DNA of 45,991 nucleotides, taken from contig CAYRML010000001.1 of the NCBI GenBank assembly GCA_964425485.1, positions 1-45,991 of the forward strand, read 5' to 3'. This document shows positions 9,445-18,377 of this stretch, piece by piece; positions within the stretch are counted from its first letter, which is position 1, and each line of letters begins with the position of its first letter. Source of the stretch: an uncultured Peptococcaceae bacterium (lineage in GTDB: Bacteria; Bacillota; Dehalobacteriia; UBA4068). Under the pieces are notes generated by a model that worked only from the letters and a program-made list of their open reading frames with translations, was not told the DNA's origin and searched no databases. The position numbers and the translations under genes were made by a program.

Positions 9445-9939
9445 ATGAATAAAGAAAGAATTTATACTTATTGGGGACCTGTTGATTGTACTTGGGATCA
9501 ACGAGGCATTCTTTCTTTAAGCACGCCTGACCACCACTTGCCGGCACCCAGGCAGGAATTATCCGAATTTGGATATAAGCTGGAGAAAGAACTGGCAGCC
9601 TATCTTTCCGGCTCTATAACCCATCTGACGCTGCCTTTTGTGATCCCTGACAAGCCGGAATTTTTTAGCAAAGTTTGGCATGCTGTGACCGCTATTCCGT
9701 ATGGTGAAGTCTGGACCTATAGTTGTATAGCTAAAACAATCGGCAGACCGCATGCGCAAAGAGCGGTTGGCCTAGCTTTAGCCCATAATCCCATTGCTAT
9801 CTACATACCTTGCCATCGCGTGGTCAGCAAGAAAGGGGATTTAGGCCATTATCACGATGAGGTAAGCCAGGAAATGCTGGAATTAAAAAGAAAACTTTTG
9901 ATAATGGAAGGCGGCATCAGAAGCTCCTTTAAAGATTAG
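9445..9939 (+). CDS. ogt: Methylated-DNA--protein-cysteine methyltransferase
   Basis: 164 aa. The C-terminal domain has IPYGEVWTYSCIA...AVGLALAHNPIAIYIPCHRVV, the PCHRV active site. Confidence 0.88.
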   Translation: MNKERIYTYWGPVDCTWDQRGILSLSTPDHHLPAPRQELSEFGYKLEKELAAYLSGSITHLTLPFVIPDKPEFFSKVWHAVTAIPYGEVWTYSCIAKTIGRPHAQRAVGLALAHNPIAIYIPCHRVVSKKGDLGHYHDEVSQEMLELKRKLLIMEGGIRSSFKD

Positions 9940-10070
9940 AGCTGATTATACCAATTTTTATAATAAGGACAATCCCTGCAAATTTTCGGCCCTTCTATAA
10001 GGGCTTTTTCATTGACGCAGCAGCCGCCGGCAAAAGTATAAGGGCAATCACAAACCATTTGATATTCCAT
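9936..10070 (-). CDS. Candidate small Cys-rich protein (44 aa), absent from the ORF track
   Basis: Hand translation of the minus strand gives MEYQMVCDCPYTFAGGCCVNEKALIEGPKICRDCPYYKNWYNQL. ATG is at 10070-10068, preceded by AAGGAG with a 6-nt spacer. It has 6 Cys (CxC, CC, CxxC). Its stop overlaps the ogt stop codon (convergent). No family is recognised. Confidence 0.45.
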   Translation of the reverse strand: MEYQMVCDCPYTFAGGCCVNEKALIEGPKICRDCPYYKNWYNQL

Positions 10071-10160
10071 GACGATCTCCTTATTTCAATCAATATAAAA
10101 ATATTTTGCCAGAAAAAATTTTCTCTATACTGGAAATAAATATTTATTTTTGCGAAAACT

Positions 10161-10178
10161 ATTGAATTATTATTCAAT
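10161..10178. promoter_or_regulatory. ARG box (ArgR/AhrC operator)
   Basis: ATTGAATTATTATTCAAT contains the TGAAT-N4-ATTCA core of the ARG-box consensus. It overlaps the -35 and spacer of the arg operon promoter. Confidence 0.65.
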
Positions 10179-10190
10179 ATATTGTATAAT
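10162..10190 (+). promoter_or_regulatory. Promoter of argCJBDFG
   Basis: -35 TTGAAT (10162-10167), 17-nt spacer, extended -10 TGTATAAT (10183-10190). It lies about 30 nt upstream of the argC start. Confidence 0.65.
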
Positions 10191-10222
10191 ATTTCTATTA
10201 TTCTTTATATGAGGTGCAAATC

Positions 10223-11278
10223 ATGAGCAAAGACAAAATTAAAGTATCAATTGTTGGGGTGACGGGTTATGCCGGCGGCGAACTGCTGCGTCTTTTGTTG
10301 GCGCATCAGGCTGTCAAGATCAGGCATATCACCGCCGCTAAAAGTTTTATAGGCCAAGAGGTGACAGCTTCCTATCCCTATTTACAGGGGCTGTGTTCTT
10401 TGAAGATTGAGAAGACAGATATTGACATTGTGGTGGAGGACAGTGATTTAATTTTTCTGGCCATGCCGGCCGGCCAAGGTATTGAGCCGGCAGCCAAGGC
10501 TGTGGCTAAGGGCAAAAAGATTATCGATATCAGCACGGATTTTCGTTTTGCAGATACGGCTGTCTATGAACAATGGTATGGAGTGCAGCATGATCATCCG
10601 GAGCTTGCCGCTTCCGCCGTTTATGGTCTGCCCGAACTATATCGTCATCAGGTAGCTAAGGCTGAGATAGTCGCAAATCCCGGCTGTTTTCCGACGGCTT
10701 CTCTTTTAGCGCTTTATCCGCTTTTTAAAGCGGGCTTGGCTAAAGATAATTCTGTTATCATTGATGCCAAATCCGGTGTTTCCGGGGCTGGACGTACTCC
10801 CACGGCCAATAATATTTATGCACAGGTCAATGAAAATATAAAACCGTATAATGTGGCTATCCACCGCCATACGCCGGAAATTGAGCAAATATTGACCCGT
10901 ATATCCGGACAGGAGCAACTGATAAACTTTACGCCTCATCTCACGCCTATGACCAGGAGTATTCTTTCCACGGTCTATGCCGATCTGAAAGTGCCCTCTT
11001 CGGCGGCAAAGCTGATAGATCTTTATCGTCAGACTTATGCCGATGAATATTTTGTCAAAGTTCATGACGAGGGGGTTTGGCCGCAAAGTAAATGGACCTG
11101 GGGCAGCAATTTCTGTCATATCGGCGTCACTTATGATCCGCGTACGCAAAGGGCGGTGGCCTGTGCGGCTATTGATAATTTGGTCAAAGGCGCGGCCGGA
11201 CAGGCTGTGCAAAATATGAATATATTATTTGGTCTGCCGGAAAATCAAGGGCTGGAACTTGTGCCCGTTTTCCCCTGA
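10223..11278 (+). CDS. argC: N-acetyl-gamma-glutamyl-phosphate reductase
   Basis: MSKDKIKVSIVGVTGYAGGELLRLL...ANPGCFPTA (active-site Cys)...DNLVKGAAGQAVQNMN. ATG at 10223 is 6 nt after GAGGTG. Confidence 0.93.
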   Translation: MSKDKIKVSIVGVTGYAGGELLRLLLAHQAVKIRHITAAKSFIGQEVTASYPYLQGLCSLKIEKTDIDIVVEDSDLIFLAMPAGQGIEPAAKAVAKGKKIIDISTDFRFADTAVYEQWYGVQHDHPELAASAVYGLPELYRHQVAKAEIVANPGCFPTASLLALYPLFKAGLAKDNSVIIDAKSGVSGAGRTPTANNIYAQVNENIKPYNVAIHRHTPEIEQILTRISGQEQLINFTPHLTPMTRSILSTVYADLKVPSSAAKLIDLYRQTYADEYFVKVHDEGVWPQSKWTWGSNFCHIGVTYDPRTQRAVACAAIDNLVKGAAGQAVQNMNILFGLPENQGLELVPVFP

Positions 11279-11297
11279 TCGCAGAGAGGTGCTTTGA

Positions 11298-12545
11298 TTG
11301 AATAAAACAAATATTGAAGAAATAAGTGGTGGGATCACGGCTGTGCAGGGATTTAAGGCTTCAGGTATTCATATCGGTGTCAAAAGCCATGACCCTAATA
11401 AAAAAGATGTGGGCATCATCACTACGGAGGTAGCCGATGGCTATAGCTGCAAAGCCGCCGGTTGCTATACGCAGAACAAATATGCTGCTGCTCCTGTTGT
11501 TTGGTGCAAGAAAATCACAGAAAAAGGTCAGGCCCAGGCCATCATCGTAAATAGCGGTAATGCCAATGCCTGTACCGGCCACAAGGGCCTGGAGGATGCC
11601 AAAAAAATGGCCGAGCTCACGGCTGATGCTCTGCAGCTAAAGACGGAGCAAGTGTTGGTCTGCTCCACCGGAGTAATTGGTGTGACTTTGCCCATGGATA
11701 AAATGGCGGCAGGTATCAAGCTGGCGGCCGAAAAGCTCAGTCCTACCGGCGGCCATGCGGCCGCGGAGGCTATCATGACCACCGATACTTTTGCTAAGGA
11801 AATCGCCATCAAAGTGCAGATGGGTGATTATAGCATACAGATCGGCGGTATGGCTAAAGGTTCCGGCATGATACATCCTAATATGGCTACTATGCTGGGA
11901 TTTATCTCGACAGATATCAATATTTCATCCGAAGCTTTACAAGAAGCCCTTTCTTTGGCTGTGACCAAATCTTTTAATATGGTGACGGTTGACGGGGATA
12001 CCAGCACTAATGATACAGTTCTAGTTCTGGCGAATGGGCTTGCCGGCAATCCGCAATTGCAAACTGATAGTGGTTTATTCCCGGGTTTTTGCCAGGCTTT
12101 ACAGTATGTATGTCTTTATTTGGCCAAAATGCTGGCTAAAGATGGGGAAGGCGCCACCAAGTTGTTGCAGGTCACGGTCAAAAATGCCTGTTCATGGCAG
12201 GAGGCAGCCAAAGCAGCCAAAGCTGTGGTATCTTCTAGTTTGGTCAAAGCAGCCTTCTTCGGCGAAGATGCCAACTGGGGACGTATTATCTGCGCCTTAG
12301 GTTATTCCGGTGCCCAATTCGACCCGGATTTGGTAGATATCGTGCTTAAAAGTGCGGCTGGGCAAGAACCGGTGATGGCCAAGGGTTGTGGATTAGATTT
12401 TAGTGAAGAAAAGGCAGCCGCCGTTTTGGCGGAAGATGAGATAGAGATCTTGATCGATCTGCATGACGGCACGGCAGAGGCCACGGCTTGGGGTTGCGAT
12501 CTTAGTTATAAATATGTGGAAATAAATGGGTGCTATCGCACCTGA
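11298..12545 (+). CDS. argJ: Bifunctional ornithine acetyltransferase / N-acetylglutamate synthase
   Basis: 415 aa, ...GMAKGSGMIHPNMATMLGFISTD (autoprocessing T site)...EDANWGRI...YVEINGCYRT. TTG start after AGAGGTG. Confidence 0.93.
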   Translation: MNKTNIEEISGGITAVQGFKASGIHIGVKSHDPNKKDVGIITTEVADGYSCKAAGCYTQNKYAAAPVVWCKKITEKGQAQAIIVNSGNANACTGHKGLEDAKKMAELTADALQLKTEQVLVCSTGVIGVTLPMDKMAAGIKLAAEKLSPTGGHAAAEAIMTTDTFAKEIAIKVQMGDYSIQIGGMAKGSGMIHPNMATMLGFISTDINISSEALQEALSLAVTKSFNMVTVDGDTSTNDTVLVLANGLAGNPQLQTDSGLFPGFCQALQYVCLYLAKMLAKDGEGATKLLQVTVKNACSWQEAAKAAKAVVSSSLVKAAFFGEDANWGRIICALGYSGAQFDPDLVDIVLKSAAGQEPVMAKGCGLDFSEEKAAAVLAEDEIEILIDLHDGTAEATAWGCDLSYKYVEINGCYRT

Positions 12546-12564
12546 TATTATTATGGAGGAAATA

Positions 12565-13421
12565 ATGACTTATTTAAAAGCAATGGAAAAGGCAGCCGTA
12601 CTCTCTGATGCCCTGCCTTATATTCAGTCATTTCATGGCAAAATCGTAGTTATAAAATATGGCGGCAATGCCATGATCAATGAGGAAATCAATCGTTCGA
12701 TCATCAATGATGTAATGTTGATGCATCTTGTGGGCATAAAACCGATCATTGTGCATGGCGGTGGACCGGAAATCAGTGCTATGTTAAAGAAACTTGAGAT
12801 ACCGACACGTTTTGTCAATGGCCAACGTTATACAGATGAAAACGCTATGGATGTCGTGCAAATGGTATTGATCGGCCGCATCAACACCAATTTAGTCAGC
12901 CGTATCAATAAAAATGGAGGTAATGCCTTGGGTATCAATGGGGTGGACGGCAATCTTTTACGCTGCTCCCAGCAGAATCCCGATTTGGGCTTTGTGGGTA
13001 AAGTGGAAAGCGTCAATGCCGATTTTATGCAATCAGTTTTGGATAATAAATTGCTGCCTGTTGTTTCGCCTATCGGCATGGATGCGGAGGGCCAAATATA
13101 TAATATCAATGCCGATTATGCGGCCGGCAAAATTGCTGAAGCTATGCAGGCGGAAAAAATGCTACTTTTGACAGACGTGGAGGGTATTTATGCTAATCCG
13201 GCAGAAAAAAAAGGTATCATTTCCGAACTGCATTGTGACGAAGTTCTGCGCTTATTGAAAAAGGCATCATCGCCGGCGGCATGATACCTAAAGTGCAATG
13301 CTGCGTCAGTGCCTTAAACAATGGCGTTAAAAGCACCCATATATTGGATGGCCGCAAGCCGCATAGTATACTCCTAGAGATTTTTACCAAAGAGGGTATT
13401 GGGACTATGGTTACTAAATAG
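12565..13421 (+). pseudogene. argB: Acetylglutamate kinase interrupted by a 1-nt frameshift near 13252-13257
   Basis: Frame 1 reads MTYLKAMEKAAVLSDALPYIQSFHGKIVVIKYGGNAM...HGGGPEI...NINADYAAGKIAEA...[12 protein letters not shown], then runs into LKKASSPAA-stop (13282-13284). The -1 frame continues [55 protein letters not shown]-stop (13419-13421). That is the canonical ArgB C-terminus. Confidence 0.85.
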
Positions 13422-13444
13422 TATGTATTTAAGGGGGAATAACA

Positions 13445-14638
13445 GTGTCTAATCAGGAGCTGAAACAAAGAGGAGAAAAATATCTCATGAATACTTATGG
13501 CCGCTTGCCCATAACTATGGTCAAAGGCAAAGGCTGTAAAATATATGATGCCGATGGCAAAGAATACTTGGATTTTGTTGCTGGTATAGCCGTAAATGCG
13601 CTGGGGCATTGTCATCCGGCGATTGTGGAAGCTATCCAAAAGCAGGCGGCAAGGCTGCTGCATTGCTCTAATCTCTATTGGATTGAGAATCAGATAGAAC
13701 TGGCCCAGCTCCTGGTGGAAAATTCCTGCTTTGACAAAGCCTTTTTCTGTAACAGCGGCGCAGAGGCCAACGAAGGGGCAATCAAATTAGCCAGAAAATA
13801 TGCCGAAAGCAAAGGCCGCAACGACAGTTATGAGATCATAACTATGGAAAACTCATTTCATGGCCGCACTCTGGCCACTTTGACAGCAACAGGTCAGGAA
13901 AAAGTTCGCAAGGGGTTTGGTGTTTTGCCGCAAGGCTTCAAATACGTGCCACTTAATGATATTGAAGCCATGAGAGCGGCAGTCAGCTCCAAAACCTGCG
14001 CCATCATGCTGGAACCAGTCCAAGGGGAAGGCGGAGTTATCCCTGCCGAGGCGCAATACCTGCGTGATTTACGTCAATTATGTGATAAGCTAGGTATATT
14101 GCTTATTTTTGACGAAGTACAGGTGGGCCTGGGCCGTACCGGCAAGCTCTTTGCTTATCAGCACAGCGGCGTGGAGCCGGATGCGCTGACTCTGGCTAAA
14201 GCCTTAGGCGGCGGTGTGCCTATTGGTGCCCTTTTAGCCAAAGAGGAGGCTTCCGTTTTTGTGCCAGGGGAGCATGCCACCACTTTTGGTGGTAATCCGC
14301 TGGTCACGGCAGCAGGTATCGCCTTTATCAATACCATGCTGTCCCAGGATATTTGTGCGCAGGCTGTCAAGACCAGCAATTATATGAGGGAAAAACTGCT
14401 GGCCTTAAAACCACAATTCCCCTGCATCAAAGAGGTGCGCGGTTTAGGCTGGCTTTTAGGACTGGCTTTAGATAAGCCTGGAGCCAAAGCTGTGGCAGGC
14501 TGTTTGGAAAAAGGCCTTTTGATCAATTGTACGGCCGATACCGTGCTGCGTTTTGTTCCTCCGTTAGTTGTTTCTTACGATGAAGTAGACAAAGCGATAG
14601 CCATTTTGCAAGAAGTTTTTACGGAAAAGGACTATTAA
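13445..14638 (+). CDS. argD: Acetylornithine aminotransferase
   Basis: 397 aa class-III aminotransferase (...NSGAEANEGAIKLARKY...IFDEVQVGLGRTGKLFA...LAKALGGGVPIGA). GTG start after AAGGGGG. Confidence 0.92.
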   Translation: MSNQELKQRGEKYLMNTYGRLPITMVKGKGCKIYDADGKEYLDFVAGIAVNALGHCHPAIVEAIQKQAARLLHCSNLYWIENQIELAQLLVENSCFDKAFFCNSGAEANEGAIKLARKYAESKGRNDSYEIITMENSFHGRTLATLTATGQEKVRKGFGVLPQGFKYVPLNDIEAMRAAVSSKTCAIMLEPVQGEGGVIPAEAQYLRDLRQLCDKLGILLIFDEVQVGLGRTGKLFAYQHSGVEPDALTLAKALGGGVPIGALLAKEEASVFVPGEHATTFGGNPLVTAAGIAFINTMLSQDICAQAVKTSNYMREKLLALKPQFPCIKEVRGLGWLLGLALDKPGAKAVAGCLEKGLLINCTADTVLRFVPPLVVSYDEVDKAIAILQEVFTEKDY

Positions 14639-14714
14639 AATTAGAAATTATATGTTATTATTATTTTTTAAGATATAAAAAATAATAATACACCGCTATG
14701 AGGAGGATTTGGCA

Positions 14715-15659
14715 ATGGATTTGAAAAAATGTTATCGCGGCAAGGATTTTTTATCCCTGCATGATTACAATACGGCCGATCTGGCCTATATGCTGGATGT
14801 GGCGGATTTTCTAAAAAAAGAAAAAAAAGATGGCAAAAGCATTGATTTTTTATCCGGCAAAACTTTAGGTATGATATTCCAGAAGAATTCTACCCGTACC
14901 AGAGTATCATTTGAAACTGGCATGTATTATTTGGGAGGTCAGGCGCTTTTCCTTTCCTCCAATGATTTGCAGATTGGGCGCGGGGAGCCGCTTAAAGATA
15001 CGGCGCGCACTCTTTCCCGCTATCTTGATGGTATTATGATACGCACTTTTGGTCATCAAGGTCTTTTAGATTTGGCTCAATATGCCTCTATCCCGGTTAT
15101 TAATGGGCTGACGGATCTTTTACATCCATGCCAAGTTATGGCCGATATGCAGACGATTCGTGAGCATAAGGGCGTACTCAAGGGGCTGAAGCTGGTCTAT
15201 TTTGGTGATGGTAATAATATGGCCAATTCTTTGATGTATGGCGGCGCCAAATTCGGTATTGATACGGTAATAGCTTGTCCTAAAGGTTTCGAACCGGATC
15301 AGGTGGTTTTTGCCAATGCCTTGGCTGATGCCAAAGAAAGCGGCGCCAAGATCGAAGTTATTTATGATCCGCTAGCGGCTGCCAAAGATGCCGATGTTTT
15401 ATATACCGATGTATGGGCTAGTATGGGTCAGGAAGATGAGGCTGATGAAAAGATAAAATCCTTCGCCGGCTTCCAACTCAATGCGGATTTGGTTGCTAAA
15501 GCCAAAAAAGACGCCATCATACTGCACTGTCTGCCCGCTAAAAGGGGCTTAGAGATCACGGATGAGGTCATAGAATCCCCGCAATCGGTAGTTTTTGATG
15601 AAGCGGAGAATCGTCTGTGGGCACAAATGGCTATTATGGCTCTTTTGCTGACCGATTAA
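14715..15659 (+). CDS. argF: Ornithine carbamoyltransferase
   Basis: ...FQKNSTRTRVSFE (STRTR carbamoyl-phosphate motif)...HPCQVMAD...HCLPA. Start was moved to the ATG at 14715, 8 nt after AGGAGG. The track's TTG at 14709 is only 2 nt from the SD. Confidence 0.92.
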   Translation: MDLKKCYRGKDFLSLHDYNTADLAYMLDVADFLKKEKKDGKSIDFLSGKTLGMIFQKNSTRTRVSFETGMYYLGGQALFLSSNDLQIGRGEPLKDTARTLSRYLDGIMIRTFGHQGLLDLAQYASIPVINGLTDLLHPCQVMADMQTIREHKGVLKGLKLVYFGDGNNMANSLMYGGAKFGIDTVIACPKGFEPDQVVFANALADAKESGAKIEVIYDPLAAAKDADVLYTDVWASMGQEDEADEKIKSFAGFQLNADLVAKAKKDAIILHCLPAKRGLEITDEVIESPQSVVFDEAENRLWAQMAIMALLLTD

Positions 15660-15719
15660 GATGCGGTTATAAATAATTAATACGGCAATAAAGGAGATAT
15701 TAATAAAGGAGATATTATC

Positions 15720-16928
15720 ATGGTAAAAAAAGTTGCATTAGCCTATTCCGGTGGCTTGGATACATCAATTATCATCCCTTGGCTGAAAGAAAATTATAAT
15801 TGTGAAGTGATTGCTGTCTGCGGTGATGTCGGACAAGGAGACGAAGTCAAACCGCTTACAGAAAAAGCTATCGCCAGCGGCGCCAGCAAAATATTTATCG
15901 GCGATCTGACTGAGGAATTTATCACCGATTTTGTTTTCCCTACGCTGAAAGCCGGCGCTATTTATGAGGGAAAATATCTTTTGGGAACTTCTTTTGCTCG
16001 TCCGATCATAGCCCGTTATCTGGTTGATATCGCCAAACAGGAAGGCTGCGACGCTATTTGTCATGGCTGCACAGGCAAAGGTAATGACCAGGTGCGTTTC
16101 GAGCTGACCATCAAGGCTTTGGCACCGGAAATGGAAATTATCGCCCCCTGGCGTTTATGGGATATTAAAAGCCGTGACCAAGCTATCGATTATGCGCAGG
16201 CTCATGGCATCCCAGTACCAGTGACCAAAAAATATCCTTACAGCATGGACCGTAATATCTGGCATCTCAGTCATGAAGGCGCGGACCTGGAAGATCCTTG
16301 GAATGAACCAAAGGATAATCTGTTTTTGATCTGCAAAACCCCGGAAGAGGCACCGGATAAACCTTCCTATGTGGAAATTGATTTTCAAAAGGGCAATCCT
16401 GTGGCTTTGAACGGACAGTCCATGGGCCCTGTGGAGCTGCTGACCCAGCTCAACAATATAGCGGCGGAAAATGGTGTCGGCATTGCCGATATGGTAGAAA
16501 ACCGCTTGGTCGGCATGAAATCCCGCGGTGTTTATGAAACACCGGGCGGCACCGTGCTTTATGCCGCTCATGACAGTCTGGAAAGTCTCTGTCTGGACAG
16601 GATTACTTCCCATTATAAAGCGCAGATCGCCTTGCGTTATGCGGAACTGGTATATGATGGGGTTTGGTTCTCCCCTCTGAGAGAGGCTTTGGACGCTTTT
16701 GTGGAAAAAACACAAGAAACCGTCACTGGCACCGTGCGTGTTAAATTATATAAAGGCAACGGCACCGTGGTTGGCATCAAGAGCCCATATTCGCTTTATG
16801 ATGAGGCCTTTGCCACTTTTGGCGAAGACGAAGTCTATGACCAAAAGGATTCGGCCGGTTTCATTAATCTTTTTGGACTGCCGCTGAAAGTTCGTGCTAT
16901 GCTTAAGAAAAATTGGCCGCAAGAATAA
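15720..16928 (+). CDS. argG: Argininosuccinate synthase
   Basis: 402 aa, [12 protein letters not shown] (PP-loop)...[14 protein letters not shown]...[12 protein letters not shown]. Confidence 0.95.
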   Translation: MVKKVALAYSGGLDTSIIIPWLKENYNCEVIAVCGDVGQGDEVKPLTEKAIASGASKIFIGDLTEEFITDFVFPTLKAGAIYEGKYLLGTSFARPIIARYLVDIAKQEGCDAICHGCTGKGNDQVRFELTIKALAPEMEIIAPWRLWDIKSRDQAIDYAQAHGIPVPVTKKYPYSMDRNIWHLSHEGADLEDPWNEPKDNLFLICKTPEEAPDKPSYVEIDFQKGNPVALNGQSMGPVELLTQLNNIAAENGVGIADMVENRLVGMKSRGVYETPGGTVLYAAHDSLESLCLDRITSHYKAQIALRYAELVYDGVWFSPLREALDAFVEKTQETVTGTVRVKLYKGNGTVVGIKSPYSLYDEAFATFGEDEVYDQKDSAGFINLFGLPLKVRAMLKKNWPQE

Positions 16929-16935
16929 GTTAGAG

Positions 16936-16966
16936 AAAAAGACTGTGATTATCACAGTCTTTTTTA
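16936..16966 (+). terminator. Rho-independent terminator after argG
   Basis: AAAAAGACTGTGAT / ATCACAGTCTTTTT palindrome followed by a T-run. Confidence 0.8.
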
Positions 16967-16995
16967 TTGCTCTGGCGACCGGCTTGTATTATAAT
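16967..16995 (+). promoter_or_regulatory. Candidate promoter for udg-coaD
   Basis: -35 TTGCTC (16967-16972), 17-nt spacer, -10 TATAAT (16990-16995). Confidence 0.5.
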
Positions 16996-17024
16996 ATTTT
17001 TGATTGGATATACTGGAGGATTAT

Positions 17025-17624
17025 ATGGAGGATAATTGGCAATTATGGCAAAGCCAGCTGCAATCCTGTCTGGGCTGTGATTTATGTCGTACCAGGACTA
17101 ATATAGTTTGCGGCTGCGGCAACAGGAATGCGGAAATCATGCTTTTAGGCGAAGCCCCAGGTCGGCAGGAAGACGCGACTGGTCAGCCTTTTTGTGGAGC
17201 TGCTGGAGCAAAATTAGAAGCCTTTTTACAGCAATTACAACTTGATAAAAATGATATATATATCGGTAATGTTGTCAAATGCCGTCCTGTAAGGCCGGCT
17301 GCCGGTGGCCGCGGTTATGCCAATCGTCGTCCCAGCAAGCAGGAAATACTTGCCTGCGGATCATGGCTTAAGAGGGAAATCGCCCTCTTGCGCCCACGCT
17401 TGGTTATAACATTAGGGGCCGTGCCTCTGTCCTTATTTTTAGGAAAAAACCCTGTTATGGCTGATTGGCATGGTTGTCCTTTCCAGGTGGATGGTGCTGA
17501 TATGATGGTCTTTCCGCTCTACCATCCGGCGGCAGTGATCTATGATCGCAAGAAAGAGAGCGATTATATAGCAGATTTGCAAGATTTAAGGCAATTCCTA
17601 CAAAAAAATCATTTGGGGGAATAA
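17025..17624 (+). CDS. Uracil-DNA glycosylase, family 4
   Basis: CLGCDLC...GEAPGRQEDATGQPFCGAAG...GNVVKCRP...HPAAV motifs of the Fe-S family-4 UDGs. ATG at 17025 is 5 nt after GGAGG. Confidence 0.85.
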   Translation: MEDNWQLWQSQLQSCLGCDLCRTRTNIVCGCGNRNAEIMLLGEAPGRQEDATGQPFCGAAGAKLEAFLQQLQLDKNDIYIGNVVKCRPVRPAAGGRGYANRRPSKQEILACGSWLKREIALLRPRLVITLGAVPLSLFLGKNPVMADWHGCPFQVDGADMMVFPLYHPAAVIYDRKKESDYIADLQDLRQFLQKNHLGE

Positions 17625-17627
17625 AAT

Positions 17628-18131
17628 ATGAAAAAAGCTGTTTATGCAGGCACTTTTGATCCGATTACAGTAGGACATCTGGATATTGTGGAGAGAGCTT
17701 CCAAAATTTTTGATGAAATAGTGGTGGCGGTGGCTGTTGATAATTATAAAAAAAATCTCTTTTCTTTAGAAGAAAGAGTCTCTTTGGTTCGGGATAGTGT
17801 CAAACATCTTTCTAATGTTTCCGTAGATTCTTTCAGTGGTCTTTTGGTTGATTATTGTATTAAAGTAGGCTCTTCTACGATTTTGCGTGGTCTGAGGGCC
17901 GTGGCCGATTTCGAGGCCGATTTCCAGATGGTAATGATGAACCGTAATCTATCAGATAAGATAGATACGGTCTTTTTGATGTCCGATCAGCAATATCTTT
18001 TTGTCAGCTCCAGTATTGTCAAAGAGGCGGCTGTGGTTGGTGGTAATATATCGGGCTTAGTCCCACCTTTGGTGGAAAAATGTCTTTTAGCCAAATTGGC
18101 TGCCAAGGAAAGTAAAGAATTGCGTTATTAA
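17628..18131 (+). CDS. coaD: Phosphopantetheine adenylyltransferase
   Basis: 167 aa, KAVYAGTFDPITVGHLDIVERA...ILRGLRAVADFEADFQMVMMNR...SSSIVKE. Confidence 0.94.
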   Translation: MKKAVYAGTFDPITVGHLDIVERASKIFDEIVVAVAVDNYKKNLFSLEERVSLVRDSVKHLSNVSVDSFSGLLVDYCIKVGSSTILRGLRAVADFEADFQMVMMNRNLSDKIDTVFLMSDQQYLFVSSSIVKEAAVVGGNISGLVPPLVEKCLLAKLAAKESKELRY

Positions 18132-18182
18132 AACCTGTGAAATTTGTGCTAAGTGGCTGTCAGTACAAAAGGGGTGATAGTA

Positions 18183-18377
18183 ATGTGGGCAGTTGTTTAT
18201 ATCGCCAGCGGAAAGAAACAAATAGGGACTATCATCGATTTATTGCAGAAAGAGGGAATTTTATATCGATTGCACTATCTGGGCCTGCCGGCGGAAGAAA
18301 CCGTCAATGCGGAGATTCTTGTGTCTAAATCCGAGGTAGAGGAAGCCATTGACCTTATTCATAGATATGCCTTTTAA
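18183..18377 (+). CDS. Small hypothetical protein (64 aa; possibly DUF2007-like)
   Basis: MWAVVYIASGKKQIGTIIDLLQKEGILYRLHYLGLPAEETVNAEILVSKSEVEEAIDLIHRYAF. ATG at 18183 follows AAAGGGGTGA, and a strong terminator follows the stop. The fold assignment is from memory of the pattern only. Confidence 0.6.
   Translation: MWAVVYIASGKKQIGTIIDLLQKEGILYRLHYLGLPAEETVNAEILVSKSEVEEAIDLIHRYAF

Noticed and set aside
9989-10009. Short hairpin GCCCTT ctat AAGGGC plus TTTTT, a possible ogt terminator
   Set aside because: The stem is only 6 bp, and it lies inside the candidate 44-aa minus-strand ORF. It could still be a weak terminator, but the evidence is too thin to list it as a feature.
9995-10177. 60-aa minus-strand track ORF in the ogt-argC gap
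   Set aside because: It is in a different frame from the SD-preceded 44-aa ORF. It has no SD, it starts inside the ARG box and promoter, and its sequence is hydrophobic and low-complexity.
13239-13284. Programmed ribosomal frameshifting as the explanation for the argB split
   Set aside because: There is no slippery heptamer, no stimulatory SD-like element and no downstream pseudoknot at the junction (GCG CTT ATT GAA). ArgB is not known to use recoding. An indel, either real or an error, is the simpler explanation.
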